From positions 28,902 to 92,901 of the forward strand of contig JAEOSU010000018.1 of the NCBI GenBank assembly GCA_016840165.1: a stretch of 64,000 bases of DNA. Direction: 5' to 3'. Of the stretch, positions 37,407-48,056 are shown one piece after another (position 1 is the stretch's first letter; each line of letters begins with the position of its first letter). Under the pieces are notes generated by a model, which ran no database searches, was not told the origin of the DNA, and saw nothing but the letters and a program-made list of their open reading frames with translations. The translations under genes were made by a program, and so were the position numbers. Source of the stretch: Promethearchaeota archaeon (lineage in GTDB: Archaea > Asgardarchaeota > Lokiarchaeia > Sigyniarchaeales > SOKP01).

Positions 37407-38234
37407 ATGATTAAAACAATTAAAAAAGTATCTATAATTGGAATTGGGAACCTTGGTACACAAATTGCCGAATGGGCTGCCTTTTACGGTTATCAAGTAA
37501 CTATTTTCGATGTTAAACAAGAGGGGCTTAAAGATTTTGTTGAAACTGCATACAAAAAAATCCAACAAAAAGGTGCTTCTGGAAACATTCATATTAAGGA
37601 TAGTCTGAATGAAGCAGTTAAGGAGGCAGATCTTATCATTGAAGCGATACCTGAAAAACTTGAATTAAAAAGGAATGTCTTTTCCCAGATTGATAAAGCC
37701 GCCCCTTCTCATGCAATCATAGCGACCAATAGTTCTTCGATTCCTGTTTCTATGTTAGAAGAAGCTGTAGAACGTAAGGATAAAGTTTTGAATATTCACT
37801 TTTATAAATTACCTGCTTTTCCAATGGCTGACATCGCCCGTGGAACAAAAACCAGTGATCAAACCTTTGAAATAGGAAAGGAATGGATAGAAAGTATAGA
37901 AATTACGCCATTAGTACTAAAAAAACAATGCCTTGGTTTCGTATTCAACAGAGTGTGGCGGGCAATTAAAAAAGAATGTTTAAAAATTTGGGCAGGTGGA
38001 TACGCAGAACTAGAGACGGTGGATAAAGCATGGGAGATCTTTACTAAAAACCCTATTGCTCCTTTTAAATTTATGGATATTATCGGTTTGGACGTTGTTT
38101 ATGATATTGAAATGATGTATTACAATGAAAGTAAGGATCCCACTGATAAACCTCCCAAAAAGTTTGAAGAAAAAGTTAAGCGAGGGGAACTTGGAGTTAA
38201 ATCAAGCAAAGGATTTTATGATTATACAAAATGA
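37407..38234 (+). CDS. 3-hydroxyacyl-CoA dehydrogenase family protein
   Basis: GIGNLG, IIEAIPE, ATNSSS, GFVFNR, MDIIGLD and GKS-like GVKSSKGFYDY. Confidence 0.88.
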   Translation: MIKTIKKVSIIGIGNLGTQIAEWAAFYGYQVTIFDVKQEGLKDFVETAYKKIQQKGASGNIHIKDSLNEAVKEADLIIEAIPEKLELKRNVFSQIDKAAPSHAIIATNSSSIPVSMLEEAVERKDKVLNIHFYKLPAFPMADIARGTKTSDQTFEIGKEWIESIEITPLVLKKQCLGFVFNRVWRAIKKECLKIWAGGYAELETVDKAWEIFTKNPIAPFKFMDIIGLDVVYDIEMMYYNESKDPTDKPPKKFEEKVKRGELGVKSSKGFYDYTK

Positions 38235-38262
38235 AATTATATTAAAAAAAAAAATGAAAAAT

Positions 38263-39111
38263 ATGAGTCTCAATATAAAAAAAATAGGGATAATTGGTGC
38301 TGGTTTTATGGGAAGGCAGATAGCAAATTGGGCTGCTTTACATAACTATACTATACACATATATGATATAGATTCAGAAGTACTTGAAGATGCTAAGGGA
38401 TTCATAACAAAAGCCCTAAAGCGCAAACATGAAGAACATGTTATTACCAAAGTTAAATATTTTAACATACTTGAATCCGCTTTAAAAGATGTTGAACTAG
38501 TAATTGAAGCAGTATCGGAAGATCTTAATATTAAAAAGAAATTATTTTCCCAAATAGAAGATTATGTTTCGGAAGATACAATAATAGCGACAAATAGTTC
38601 CTCCTTTCCTGTTTCAAAAATTGAAGATTCTGTTCAAAGAAAGGAGAGAGTACTTAACCTTCATTTTTATGCACCTATTAATGTACGACCAATGGTCGAT
38701 ATTATGCGTGGAACACAGACGAGTGATGAAGTATTTGAAACAGGCAAAAATTGGATAGAAAGTATTGAGTGTACCCCATTGATCCTTAAAAAACATAGTT
38801 TTGGATTTCTATTCAATCGTATTTGGAGAGCAGTAAAAAGAGAGTGTTTAATAATGTGGGCAGATGGAATTGCCGATATTGAAAATATTGATGAAGCTTG
38901 GCGAATTTTTACAGGTATGCCTATGGGACCTTTTACGATGATGGATGGGATTGGATTAGATGTGATTTACAATGTAGAATCCTCTTACTTCAAAGAATCG
39001 AAAGATCCCAGAGATAGACCTCCAGATAAATTAAAAAAAATGGTAGAACGTAGTGAATTGGGTTTAAAGACTGGTAAAGGATTTTATACCTACAGGAAAA
39101 AAAAGAAATAA
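38263..39111 (+). CDS. 3-hydroxyacyl-CoA dehydrogenase family protein (tandem paralogue)
   Basis: GAGFMG, VIEAVSE, ATNSSS, GFLFNR, PMGPF and GLKTGKGFY. Start placed at ATG 38263 (38254 is an alternative) rather than the track start at 38125, which overlaps the upstream gene. Confidence 0.88.
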   Translation: MSLNIKKIGIIGAGFMGRQIANWAALHNYTIHIYDIDSEVLEDAKGFITKALKRKHEEHVITKVKYFNILESALKDVELVIEAVSEDLNIKKKLFSQIEDYVSEDTIIATNSSSFPVSKIEDSVQRKERVLNLHFYAPINVRPMVDIMRGTQTSDEVFETGKNWIESIECTPLILKKHSFGFLFNRIWRAVKRECLIMWADGIADIENIDEAWRIFTGMPMGPFTMMDGIGLDVIYNVESSYFKESKDPRDRPPDKLKKMVERSELGLKTGKGFYTYRKKKK

Positions 39112-39134
39112 TATCTATAAAACAATTAAAAAAG

Positions 39135-40070
39135 TTATCCACTTAAAAGTAAAACAAATATCCAAACTAGTATAAAACTGATTATTAAAGAAAGGTTAAC
39201 TAACATAGTGGTAACTTTCTCATTATATCCTAGCTCAATTGAAAATGGTATAATTGCGACTCCTATAGGTAATATTAATGAAATTGCTATAATAGTCCTA
39301 AATAAAGAGTCAAAAATTGAAGCAGGAAACAAGAAAAACAAACATATACTAAAAAAGATTCCCACAGAATATCGAATAATAAGCACTTTTAAAATAGTTG
39401 TCCACTCTGTCCGTTCAAATTTAAATCTTAATAGTATGCCTAATAATAGAAGTGACAAGGCGACATTTGCTCGTGCAATGATATCGATTAATTCATTAAA
39501 AAATGACGGGATAACAACTCCAGAGAAATTTATTATTAAAGCAGCAGCATAAGTTAATAGCGGAACCGATCTCAATAATTTTTTTCCCAAATATTTCACT
39601 GATATACTATTATCTTCAATTTCATTTTTAGGGGAATATATTGTACCTAAAATATATGATAATACAAAAATTGAAAATGCATTACCAGCATCAACCAAAG
39701 TTATCAGTTGCATACCGGATTCTCCCCAAATTCCTTCCACTAAAGGAAAAGAAAAATGAACCACATTAAATCCAATCATCGTCATTATCATGAGCCCTTT
39801 AATGGCTCGCTTTTTCTTTCGTGAGATAATTAAACCGATTAATGCCATGATAATTCCAAATGAGATATTTACAATCGGAAGTAAAATCAGGGACAATTCA
39901 AATTGGACAGAGGTAGTGTATTTGAGAATTACAGCAGGCAATGTAATATTAAAAATGATTTTCGAGAGTACTTCTCCATCTTTTTCTTTTATTATCTTTA
40001 TACGTTTGATGATATATCCGAGAGAGATAATGGCTAATGAGATGAGAAACGTAATATTAATATCATACAT
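39135..40070 (-). CDS. AEC family (auxin efflux carrier/malate permease-like) transporter
   Basis: About 10 TM; IIFNITLPA and GFNV..F.FPL. Divergent from the malic enzyme gene. Confidence 0.8.
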   Translation of the reverse strand: MYDINITFLISLAIISLGYIIKRIKIIKEKDGEVLSKIIFNITLPAVILKYTTSVQFELSLILLPIVNISFGIIMALIGLIISRKKKRAIKGLMIMTMIGFNVVHFSFPLVEGIWGESGMQLITLVDAGNAFSIFVLSYILGTIYSPKNEIEDNSISVKYLGKKLLRSVPLLTYAAALIINFSGVVIPSFFNELIDIIARANVALSLLLLGILLRFKFERTEWTTILKVLIIRYSVGIFFSICLFFLFPASIFDSLFRTIIAISLILPIGVAIIPFSIELGYNEKVTTMLVNLSLIISFILVWIFVLLLSG

Positions 40071-40158
40071 ATAAAGCTCATAAAATTATAATTGACTTTC
40101 AATTAAAAATGTAGAATTATAGAATAATGTTATCAAAACCTAAGTTAAAATTCATGCC

Positions 40159-41544
40159 ATGCTTTCATTATCTATGGAAAAAGTTTCAAAAGAAGAGTTA
40201 ATTAGAAAGTCGAAGATACCAGGCTTAAATGCCCTTAAGATGCATGCTTTTTATCAAGGGAAGATGCAAGTTATGCCTAGATGCCAAATTTCAAGTTATG
40301 ATGATTTTAGTATCTGGTATTCTCCAGGCGTCGCAACTCCCTGCAAAGAGATTCATAAAAATAAAGATAAAGTCTACGATTATACGAGTAAATGGAATTA
40401 TGTGGCAATTGTATCTGATGGAAGTAGGGTTTTAGGCTTAGGAAACATTGGTCCCGAAGCATCATTGCCCGTGATGGAAGGGAAAGCATTGTTGTTTAAG
40501 TATTTAGGAGGAGTTGATGCATTTCCACTAAGTATAGGCACCAATAATTGTTGTAATGCGGATCAGATTATAGAATTTGTAAAAATGATTCAGCCAACTT
40601 TTGGGGGTATTAATTTAGAAGATATAAGCAATCCAAAATGCTTTACAATTCTTGACAAATTAAGAGCTGATCCAGAAATAAAAATTCCTGTTTGGCATGA
40701 CGATCAACAAGGTACTGCATGTGTAGTCCTTTCAGGGTTAATCAATTCCTTAAAAATAGTTGGAAAAAAGAAGAATACTATTAAAATCGTATTCAATGGT
40801 ATCGGTGCTGCGAATTTTGGGATATATCGATTATTAAAAGCTGACGGCTTTAATATTGAAAATTCGATTTTTGTTGATTCAACCGGAATATTATACAAAG
40901 ATCGACCAGATTTGAACTGTCCAGATAATTATAAATGTGAAGTAGTTGAGATTAGTAATAAGGAACAAATAAGTGGAGATTGTGGTGATGCTCTAGACGG
41001 TGCTGATGTTCTAATCTCTTCAAGTATTCCTGGACCGAATATTATTAAAAAGGATTGGATTTCAAAGATGGCTGATGACGCAATTGTTTTTGTGTTGGCT
41101 AATCCAATCCCAGAGATATTTCCATGGGATGCTCATGAAGCAGGAGCAACTATAGTAGCCACAGGTCGTTCAGATTTCCCTAATCAGGTAAATAATTCGC
41201 TATGTTTTCCAGGTATATTTAGAGGCGCTCTAGATGTACGAGCTAGTACAATAACAGATGAAATGTGTATTGCAGCCTCACATTCTTTAGCAGATTTAGT
41301 ATATGAGATTGAAGGATGCTTTATTGAAACTTGTATTTTACCAACTATGGCATACGAGGATGTGTTCATTAAACAAGCTGTAGCTGCGGGATTGAAAGCT
41401 ATTGAACAAAATATAGCTAAAAAAAAATTATCTGAACAAGAATTATATGATAAGACAAGAGCGATTATTGATGGTTCCCATTCGCAGTATGAATCATTAA
41501 TGAAAAATGGATTGATACCGAAATTTACAGATTATGTAAAATGA
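40159..41544 (+). CDS. NAD(P)-dependent malic enzyme
   Basis: YSPGVA, VSDGSRVLGLGNIG, PVMEGKA, INLEDI, HDDQQGTA and ATGRSDFPNQVNN. Confidence 0.95.
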   Translation: MLSLSMEKVSKEELIRKSKIPGLNALKMHAFYQGKMQVMPRCQISSYDDFSIWYSPGVATPCKEIHKNKDKVYDYTSKWNYVAIVSDGSRVLGLGNIGPEASLPVMEGKALLFKYLGGVDAFPLSIGTNNCCNADQIIEFVKMIQPTFGGINLEDISNPKCFTILDKLRADPEIKIPVWHDDQQGTACVVLSGLINSLKIVGKKKNTIKIVFNGIGAANFGIYRLLKADGFNIENSIFVDSTGILYKDRPDLNCPDNYKCEVVEISNKEQISGDCGDALDGADVLISSSIPGPNIIKKDWISKMADDAIVFVLANPIPEIFPWDAHEAGATIVATGRSDFPNQVNNSLCFPGIFRGALDVRASTITDEMCIAASHSLADLVYEIEGCFIETCILPTMAYEDVFIKQAVAAGLKAIEQNIAKKKLSEQELYDKTRAIIDGSHSQYESLMKNGLIPKFTDYVK

Positions 41545-41633
41545 AAGATAATTTTCTCAAAATAAAATTATATAAACAAAAAGCTCAAAATAATTCTACA
41601 TATAGTATTTTTAATTCTTAAGATGTAAAAATT

Positions 41634-42551
41634 ATGAAAACCGATTTATTATCAGAGAAGAAAGTAATCATAACCGCAGCTATAACAGGCGGAATTCATG
41701 GGAAATGGGCTAACCCTTCTTTGCCAATAACTGCAGAAGAACAGGCTCAGGACGCCTTAGAATGTTATAATGCAGGAGCTTCGATAGTACATATACATGT
41801 AAGAGGGGATGATGGACAAAATACTCCTGATTTGAAATATTATAATAAGACGGTAAAACTTATTGGTGAAAAATGCCCAATCATTCGCCAAATAGGAAAT
41901 GGTATTGGGGCACGCGTCGAAACCACTCATACTATCACCAAGACTGGAAGAAAGCAAGTTCATTCCGAGATTGTCCAACCTACCTTAAAAGAGCGATTAA
42001 ATCTTTTAAATATTAATCCTCCTCCAGAAATGCATACAATAAATGCTGGAACCTTTGAATTCCGTACTCCTTATGGGGGCGCCGTATTTCAAAATCCGAT
42101 GGATTTTAATATGAAATATATTAGACGATGCAAAAAGAAAGGCTTTGGGTTAGAAATTGAAGTATATGATTCAAGTCATATTGCAAATATTCTAGAGCTA
42201 GTAGATCAAGGAATTTTAGTACCACCACTTCATTTTAGCATCGTATTAGGCATTAAAGGGGGTGCCCCAGCTAGTATTGAGAATTTGTTGCATATGGTCC
42301 ACCAAATCCCCAAAGATTCGACTTGGCAAGTAGTAACAGTGGGCAAGTATAACTTACGGACTACTTTAGTTGCTATGTGTATGGGAGCGAACGTCCGTAC
42401 GGGTTTAGAAGATACGATATACTATGAAAAAGGAGAGTTAGTAAAAAATAATGCCCAATTAGTTAAACGAATGGTTCGCTTGGCAAAAGAAATCGGGAGA
42501 GACCCCGCTACGGTTGATGAAGCTAAAGAAATGTTAGGATTAAACAAATAA
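41634..42551 (+). CDS. Beta-keto acid cleavage enzyme (BKACE/DUF849, Kce-like)
   Basis: IITAAITG, AGASIVHIHVR and NVRTGLED. Confidence 0.9.
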   Translation: MKTDLLSEKKVIITAAITGGIHGKWANPSLPITAEEQAQDALECYNAGASIVHIHVRGDDGQNTPDLKYYNKTVKLIGEKCPIIRQIGNGIGARVETTHTITKTGRKQVHSEIVQPTLKERLNLLNINPPPEMHTINAGTFEFRTPYGGAVFQNPMDFNMKYIRRCKKKGFGLEIEVYDSSHIANILELVDQGILVPPLHFSIVLGIKGGAPASIENLLHMVHQIPKDSTWQVVTVGKYNLRTTLVAMCMGANVRTGLEDTIYYEKGELVKNNAQLVKRMVRLAKEIGRDPATVDEAKEMLGLNK

Positions 42552-42629
42552 TTAAGTTAGAACTTAAGTGTTCCTTATTTTTCTTTTAAATATTTAAGAA
42601 AAAAATAAAAAAATAAAAAAGAATTTAAT

Positions 42630-44036
42630 TTATTTCAATTCTGGATGTTTCTGTATTTCTGCTCTTACATCTTCTAAACGTTTTCCATGCAAACCATAGG
42701 ATTTCATAAAAAGAATACCAATTACTAACGCTATAGCAGGAAATATGAACATTAAAGCTTTTAATCCCAATTCTTTTAAAAATGGATCAGGTACGATAAA
42801 TTCATATTGTTTATCCCAACCAATACCACCAAACATGCTCCAAAGTGTTAGTATCACCAATATAATTGAAATTCTATGAATAAATGCATTAATTCCGTAA
42901 AAACTCCCTGATCTTTTCATTCCAAATTTGAGGGCATCCTCATCAATGACATCAGCATGAATTATGTCAACATAAAATAGCGTTCCAGATAAAGCGAATC
43001 CTTGTACCGCTGTTATTATGATAAAAACGACTTGTAATTCTATTCCACTGATTAGAAAATATGGGAATAGAGACACTATCCATATACCCATGGTCAACAT
43101 AAAGGCATTTCTCATTCCTAATTTGAATCCAAGCTTTCTATGGAGTGGCATTGTTATCGCTGCTACCACAAAAGCTAACATTAAAGCGATGCTTGTAATT
43201 GTAGCATTATCAATTCCCATTACCTCATCAGCATATATAGGCAGAATGATTGGTAAAATACTAAATACATACCAAACCATAGTATTTGCAATAACAAATT
43301 TTACAAATGTTTTATTCGTTAATGTAATTTTTAGCGATTGAAAGAAAGAAGGCCTTTTTTCCAAATCTTCTGTTGATTCAGCTTTTTCTTTTATGCCTTT
43401 TAACAAAAATGGAATCGATAATATCAATGTAATTATAGCTATCACGACCATTGTTAAAAAGTATTCTCCCTTTATAGTTGGTACTTCTGCTGGTGAGTCA
43501 GGAACGTAATCACTAATAAAGATTGCTGGAACTAATGCACTAAGGATTAAAGCTATTATAGTTGTAATTTTTATAAATAAATTAGTCGCTGCTCGTTTTT
43601 TTTCAGTTGGAAACATTTCTGGGAATATAGCATTTACATTTACATCAAAAAGTGTATAAAAAAATTCGAAAATTATTATTATGAATAGAAAATAGAAGAA
43701 TTCAGATAATCTTGCACCTGTTTCAAATGGTACAAAGAATAAGAAAATCATCGATAGACATAATGGTATTATCGAAATCAATAAATAAAATTTGCGTTTA
43801 CCCCATTTTCCCCTAAATTTAGTCCGCTCCGACAGAGCACCGAGCATAGGATCATTGAAAGCATTCCATACACCCCATAAGACATATCCTAATATCATTA
43901 AGGGAGTAGGTATTCCAACAACCGTGAAATAGAAGGTAAATATGAGAAACTGGAATATTTGATAAGTTAATTGATCCGGAATAGCAGATAATCCAAAAAG
44001 GAACTTTTCCTTAAAAGGTAACTTTTCTTCACTCAT
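42630..44036 (-). CDS. MFS transporter, glycoside-pentoside-hexuronide (MelB-like) family
   Basis: WNAFNDPMLGALSERT...WGKRK, ADVIDED and RSGSFYG; about 12 TM. Confidence 0.88.
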   Translation of the reverse strand: MSEEKLPFKEKFLFGLSAIPDQLTYQIFQFLIFTFYFTVVGIPTPLMILGYVLWGVWNAFNDPMLGALSERTKFRGKWGKRKFYLLISIIPLCLSMIFLFFVPFETGARLSEFFYFLFIIIIFEFFYTLFDVNVNAIFPEMFPTEKKRAATNLFIKITTIIALILSALVPAIFISDYVPDSPAEVPTIKGEYFLTMVVIAIITLILSIPFLLKGIKEKAESTEDLEKRPSFFQSLKITLTNKTFVKFVIANTMVWYVFSILPIILPIYADEVMGIDNATITSIALMLAFVVAAITMPLHRKLGFKLGMRNAFMLTMGIWIVSLFPYFLISGIELQVVFIIITAVQGFALSGTLFYVDIIHADVIDEDALKFGMKRSGSFYGINAFIHRISIILVILTLWSMFGGIGWDKQYEFIVPDPFLKELGLKALMFIFPAIALVIGILFMKSYGLHGKRLEDVRAEIQKHPELK

Positions 44037-44238
44037 TATTAATTCCTAATTTCTAAATAGATTTAATTAAACTTATTTAAATGAGATTTTATTTAAAATT
44101 ATGGTTTTATCCGGAATAATTGATTTGACTTATCCAATTGGATGAGGGGTTTCTCAAGTTTTCAATTATGCAACATTTATAAGATTTTGAATTAATTCAA
44201 TTTTATCAATTTACAAAAAATAATTGAGTGTTATTTCA

Positions 44239-45615
44239 ATGGAAACAGATGAAAATGAAATAGTAGAAGTTGAAACAGAGACCTCGAAACGGAACGTGTT
44301 TTTTTACGCAATGTATGATTTAGCCAATACCATCTACTCTATGATAATTGTAAGCTTAATTATTAACCGTTACGTATTAGTAATTGGACAATTGGAACAT
44401 GGAATGTCGTATGGGGATGCAAGTTTTCTCTTTGGCGTTGCAAGTGCAATTATGCAGATAGGAATTGCAGTTTTAGTACCTATAATGGGTGCGTTAAGCG
44501 ACCGAGCAGGAAAAAGAAAGCCTTTTGTAATAGGACTAACTTTTATTATTCTTATCTTTGCCAGCCTTATTGGGTTATATCACAATCTTGCATTTGTTTT
44601 ACTTTTTTATGTTATAGCAAACATAGCCTATAATTTTAGCTTAATTTTTTTTGATGCTATGCTTCCTTTTATCGCAAGAAAGGAGGATGTGGGAAAAGTG
44701 TCAGGTTTCACAGTTGCATGGGGGTATCTCGGAACGATTATTTCCCTCCTTGTTTTATTGCCTTTGATTGCAATATTTGGAAATGTAACAAGTGATACAA
44801 CTCAAGGACCACTCTCTTACGGGTACACTGAAACAATTTTACCATTTGTTTTATCCATGATCCTTTTTTTCGTTTTTGCTATACCCTTTTTCTTCGTACG
44901 TGAAAAACAGAAAAAAGGAAAATTACCATCTATCGCAAACTTAGTTTCTGGTGCCTTCAGACAAATAAAAGGAACCCTGAGAGATTTGAGAAAAAATAGA
45001 CAATTGTTTATATTCATGCTAGGATACTTTTTTGTTTCGGATATTGCCAGCGTAATAATTTTATATATGACACCATTAGTTACCGATGGTTTAATAATTG
45101 GTTTTACACCAGGCATAGGAGACGATACTGTAGCGATCATTTTTATAATAATTGCTACAGTTTCAGCGGTCGTATTTACTTACTTCGTTGGTAAATTTGG
45201 ACATAAATATGGCGCGAAAAAAACATTCTATCTCGTAGGTGCCCTATGGCTGACATCATTAACGATGGCTACAATCCTTACTTTTGTTACACCGTATATA
45301 TTGGTGGGCGCAAACCCAGAATTCATATTAAGTCTTCTTGTGGGCATAATAGCAGGGCCAGCTCTCGGAGGAACATGGGTTGCTCAACGCATAATGGTAG
45401 TTGAACTTGCTCCCCAAGAAAAATTTGGAGAATTTATGGGTTTTTCAGAAATTAGTAATAAAGCTTCTTCCGCTATTGGCCCATTAGTATGGGGTGCAAT
45501 TTTACTTACTTTTGATCTCATAGGAAAAATCGCTTATGGTTTTGCTTTAATTTCCGTTGGTTTAATTCTAGTTATAGGAATAGTAATTATCTCATTTGTA
45601 AAAACAGAAAAATAA
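44239..45615 (+). CDS. MFS transporter, UMF1/Atg22-like family
   Basis: MYDLANT, PIMGALSDRAGKRK, FFDAMLP, SGF.VAWGYLG and GEFMG...KASSAIGP. ATG at 44239. Confidence 0.82.
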   Translation: METDENEIVEVETETSKRNVFFYAMYDLANTIYSMIIVSLIINRYVLVIGQLEHGMSYGDASFLFGVASAIMQIGIAVLVPIMGALSDRAGKRKPFVIGLTFIILIFASLIGLYHNLAFVLLFYVIANIAYNFSLIFFDAMLPFIARKEDVGKVSGFTVAWGYLGTIISLLVLLPLIAIFGNVTSDTTQGPLSYGYTETILPFVLSMILFFVFAIPFFFVREKQKKGKLPSIANLVSGAFRQIKGTLRDLRKNRQLFIFMLGYFFVSDIASVIILYMTPLVTDGLIIGFTPGIGDDTVAIIFIIIATVSAVVFTYFVGKFGHKYGAKKTFYLVGALWLTSLTMATILTFVTPYILVGANPEFILSLLVGIIAGPALGGTWVAQRIMVVELAPQEKFGEFMGFSEISNKASSAIGPLVWGAILLTFDLIGKIAYGFALISVGLILVIGIVIISFVKTEK

Positions 45616-45668
45616 AACCAACTTTCTTTTTTTTTATTTTTACAACTCGGAAAAAAATAAAAGAAAAA

Positions 45669-46856
45669 TTAAATAATATTCAACTTTTTACCAACTTTTT
45701 CAACTGCAGCTAATGCCATGTTTAAGTCTTCCTTGGTTAGCAAAGCATTCATTTGTACTCTTATTCGCGATAGTTCTCTTGCAACCATTGGGAACACAAT
45801 TGGTGTGCCATAAATATTTTCTTCTTCAAAAAGCAATCGGGCTAATTCTTGAGCTTTTCCTGGGTCCCCAATAATCAATGGGATAATTGGTGTTTGCGAG
45901 TTCCCCGTGTTATATCCTAAGTTCTGCACTTCTTTTTTGAAATAATTAGTATTATCCCATAAGCGCTGTACATGTTCCGGTTCACTCTCGACTACTTCTA
46001 TTGAAGCAGTGTTTGCTGCAACAATACCGGGAGGATGAGCAGTACTTAATAAATAGGTTCTGCTTTTATTCGCACAGAATTCGATTAAGTCTTTTGAACC
46101 TGCTACAGTACCTCCAAAGACTCCAAACCCTTTACTCATACTTCCTCCTTCAACATGCACTTTTCCTTGTAGATTGAAGTGAGCAACTATACCTCGACCA
46201 TTACCTAAAACTCCTTCCCCATGACAATCATCTACAAATATCATGGCTCCGAATTCCTTGCCAACTTTTGTAATTTCATCGAGAGGGGCCATATCTCCAT
46301 CCATAGAGAATACTCCATCCGTAATGATGCAAATTCTTCTCGGTTTACTTTTCTCCGCTTCCTTTAATTGGCGTTCTAAATCACCAACATCGCAATGTTT
46401 ATAAATAATTCGATTTGCTCCAGAGAGTCGAACACCATCAATAATAGAACCGTGGTTCAATTCATCTGAGACCACAATATCAGGCTTCCCAACTAACATT
46501 GGAATTAATCCTGAATTTACTGCAAATCCAGTTTGACATAAAAGCGAGGCTTCAACTTCCTTAAACTTTGCAAATTTCCTCTGGAATTCCATTGTTAAAT
46601 CAAAACTACCTGCAATTACAGGTACAGCTCCGGCTCCAGCACCATATTTCTTTATTGCATCTATACTGGCTTGGACAACTTTAGGATGAGTAGCTAAACC
46701 TAAATAATTATTTGTGTTTAACATTAATACTTTTTTTCCATCTACAACAGAATGAGGTTTAGACCCATCTTCAAGATAGCGAATTATCCATTCCAAATTC
46801 TTGTCTCGGAGATCGGTCATTTCTTCTTTTAAAAATGCTGTGGGTGAACGATTCAT
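45669..46856 (-). CDS. kbl: Glycine C-acetyltransferase (2-amino-3-ketobutyrate CoA ligase)
   Basis: NNYLGLA, SDELNHGSIIDG, DGVFSMDG, DDCHGEG and PLP lysine in SMSKG. Divergent from tdh. Confidence 0.85.
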   Translation of the reverse strand: MNRSPTAFLKEEMTDLRDKNLEWIIRYLEDGSKPHSVVDGKKVLMLNTNNYLGLATHPKVVQASIDAIKKYGAGAGAVPVIAGSFDLTMEFQRKFAKFKEVEASLLCQTGFAVNSGLIPMLVGKPDIVVSDELNHGSIIDGVRLSGANRIIYKHCDVGDLERQLKEAEKSKPRRICIITDGVFSMDGDMAPLDEITKVGKEFGAMIFVDDCHGEGVLGNGRGIVAHFNLQGKVHVEGGSMSKGFGVFGGTVAGSKDLIEFCANKSRTYLLSTAHPPGIVAANTASIEVVESEPEHVQRLWDNTNYFKKEVQNLGYNTGNSQTPIIPLIIGDPGKAQELARLLFEEENIYGTPIVFPMVARELSRIRVQMNALLTKEDLNMALAAVEKVGKKLNII

Positions 46857-47039
46857 TATATCACCTTATATCTTATGAAATTCTTTATGATTTTATTACG
46901 TTAAGGTATTTAGAAGAATTTATATGTTTTACTTATATGAAAAATAGGGGCATGAAATGGGAAAAGAGAATAAAGCTTTTTTAATTGATATAATTATGAT
47001 TCATACATAAAAAATGTATACTCAAGAATAGGGATATAA

Positions 47040-47984
47040 ATGAGGAGAATTTTGGTAATAGGGGCAGCAGGGCAAATCGGAAGTGAATTAGTCCCTGAAC
47101 TACGAAAAAAATATGGCAATGATAATGTTATTGCTACGGGTAGAAAGACACCGCTTCCGGATGAGGTTAAAGAAAATGGTCCTGTAATTTATTTAGATGC
47201 TTTAGAAAAAATCTTGCTTTCAAAGGTACTTTTTGAATATGAAATTGATACTATATTTCATATGGCTTCAATTTTATCTGCGGTCGGAGAGAAGATGCCA
47301 CAAGCTGCTTGGAACATTAATATTAATGGTTTAATAAATGTATTAGAAGCTTCAAGGGCGTATGGTATTAAAACTCTTATATGGCCAAGTTCTATTGCTG
47401 CATTTGGACCAACGACCCCCCGAGAAAACACACCAAATACTACTATATTAGAACCAACCACGATGTATGGTATATCTAAAGTTGCGGGGGAATTACTCTG
47501 TGAATATTATTATCATAAGTATCAACTCGATGTTCGTTCCATTCGATTACCGGGAATTATAAGTAGCGAAACTTTACCTGGGGGAGGTACAACTGATTAC
47601 GCTGTAGAGATTTTTTATGAAACAATAAGAAATAAGCAATATACATGCTTTTTACGCGAAGATACCGTACTACCTATGATGTATATGCCCGATTGCAATA
47701 AAGCATTGATTGATTTATTAGAAGCAGATAATTCAAAACTAAAAAGGCGGGTATATAATATTACAGGGATGAGTTTTTCAGCAGGTGAAATTGCTTCTGA
47801 AATTAAAAAGCATTTTAAAGAGTTCACAATTGACTATAAACCTGATTTTCGACAGGAAATTGCGGATTCTTGGCCAAAATCAATAGATGATACACTTGCT
47901 CGTAAAGAATGGGGTTGGGAGCCAATGTACAATCTTGAATCTATGACAAAGGACATGATTGAGAAATTAAGTAAAAGGCTTTAA
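47040..47984 (+). CDS. tdh: L-threonine 3-dehydrogenase (SDR/epimerase type)
   Basis: GAAGQIG, LSAVGE, PSSIAAFG, YGISK, PGGGTTDYA, PMMYMPD and RQEIADSWP. Confidence 0.92.
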   Translation: MRRILVIGAAGQIGSELVPELRKKYGNDNVIATGRKTPLPDEVKENGPVIYLDALEKILLSKVLFEYEIDTIFHMASILSAVGEKMPQAAWNININGLINVLEASRAYGIKTLIWPSSIAAFGPTTPRENTPNTTILEPTTMYGISKVAGELLCEYYYHKYQLDVRSIRLPGIISSETLPGGGTTDYAVEIFYETIRNKQYTCFLREDTVLPMMYMPDCNKALIDLLEADNSKLKRRVYNITGMSFSAGEIASEIKKHFKEFTIDYKPDFRQEIADSWPKSIDDTLARKEWGWEPMYNLESMTKDMIEKLSKRL

Positions 47985-48056
47985 TTAGAACCATATAGAT
48001 GATTTTAATTTCTTTCTAATTCTGTTTAAAAAATTTAAATCAATCTTTTAGATACT

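Noticed and set aside
38125-38262. N-terminal extension of the second dehydrogenase ORF overlapping the first gene, with a long A run, suggesting a programmed frameshift fusion
   Set aside because: Both genes are complete with their own Rossmann motifs, and in-frame ATGs exist at 38254 and 38263. The A run lies after the first gene's stop, so it cannot cause fusion.
44132-44143. Perfect 12-bp palindrome ATCCAATTGGAT between divergent MFS genes
   Set aside because: Single short occurrence with no adjacent regulator; cannot be distinguished from chance.
45669-46856. 8-amino-7-oxononanoate synthase (bioF) assignment
   Set aside because: Same PLP family, but head-to-head linkage with threonine dehydrogenase and the absence of biotin genes favour Kbl.
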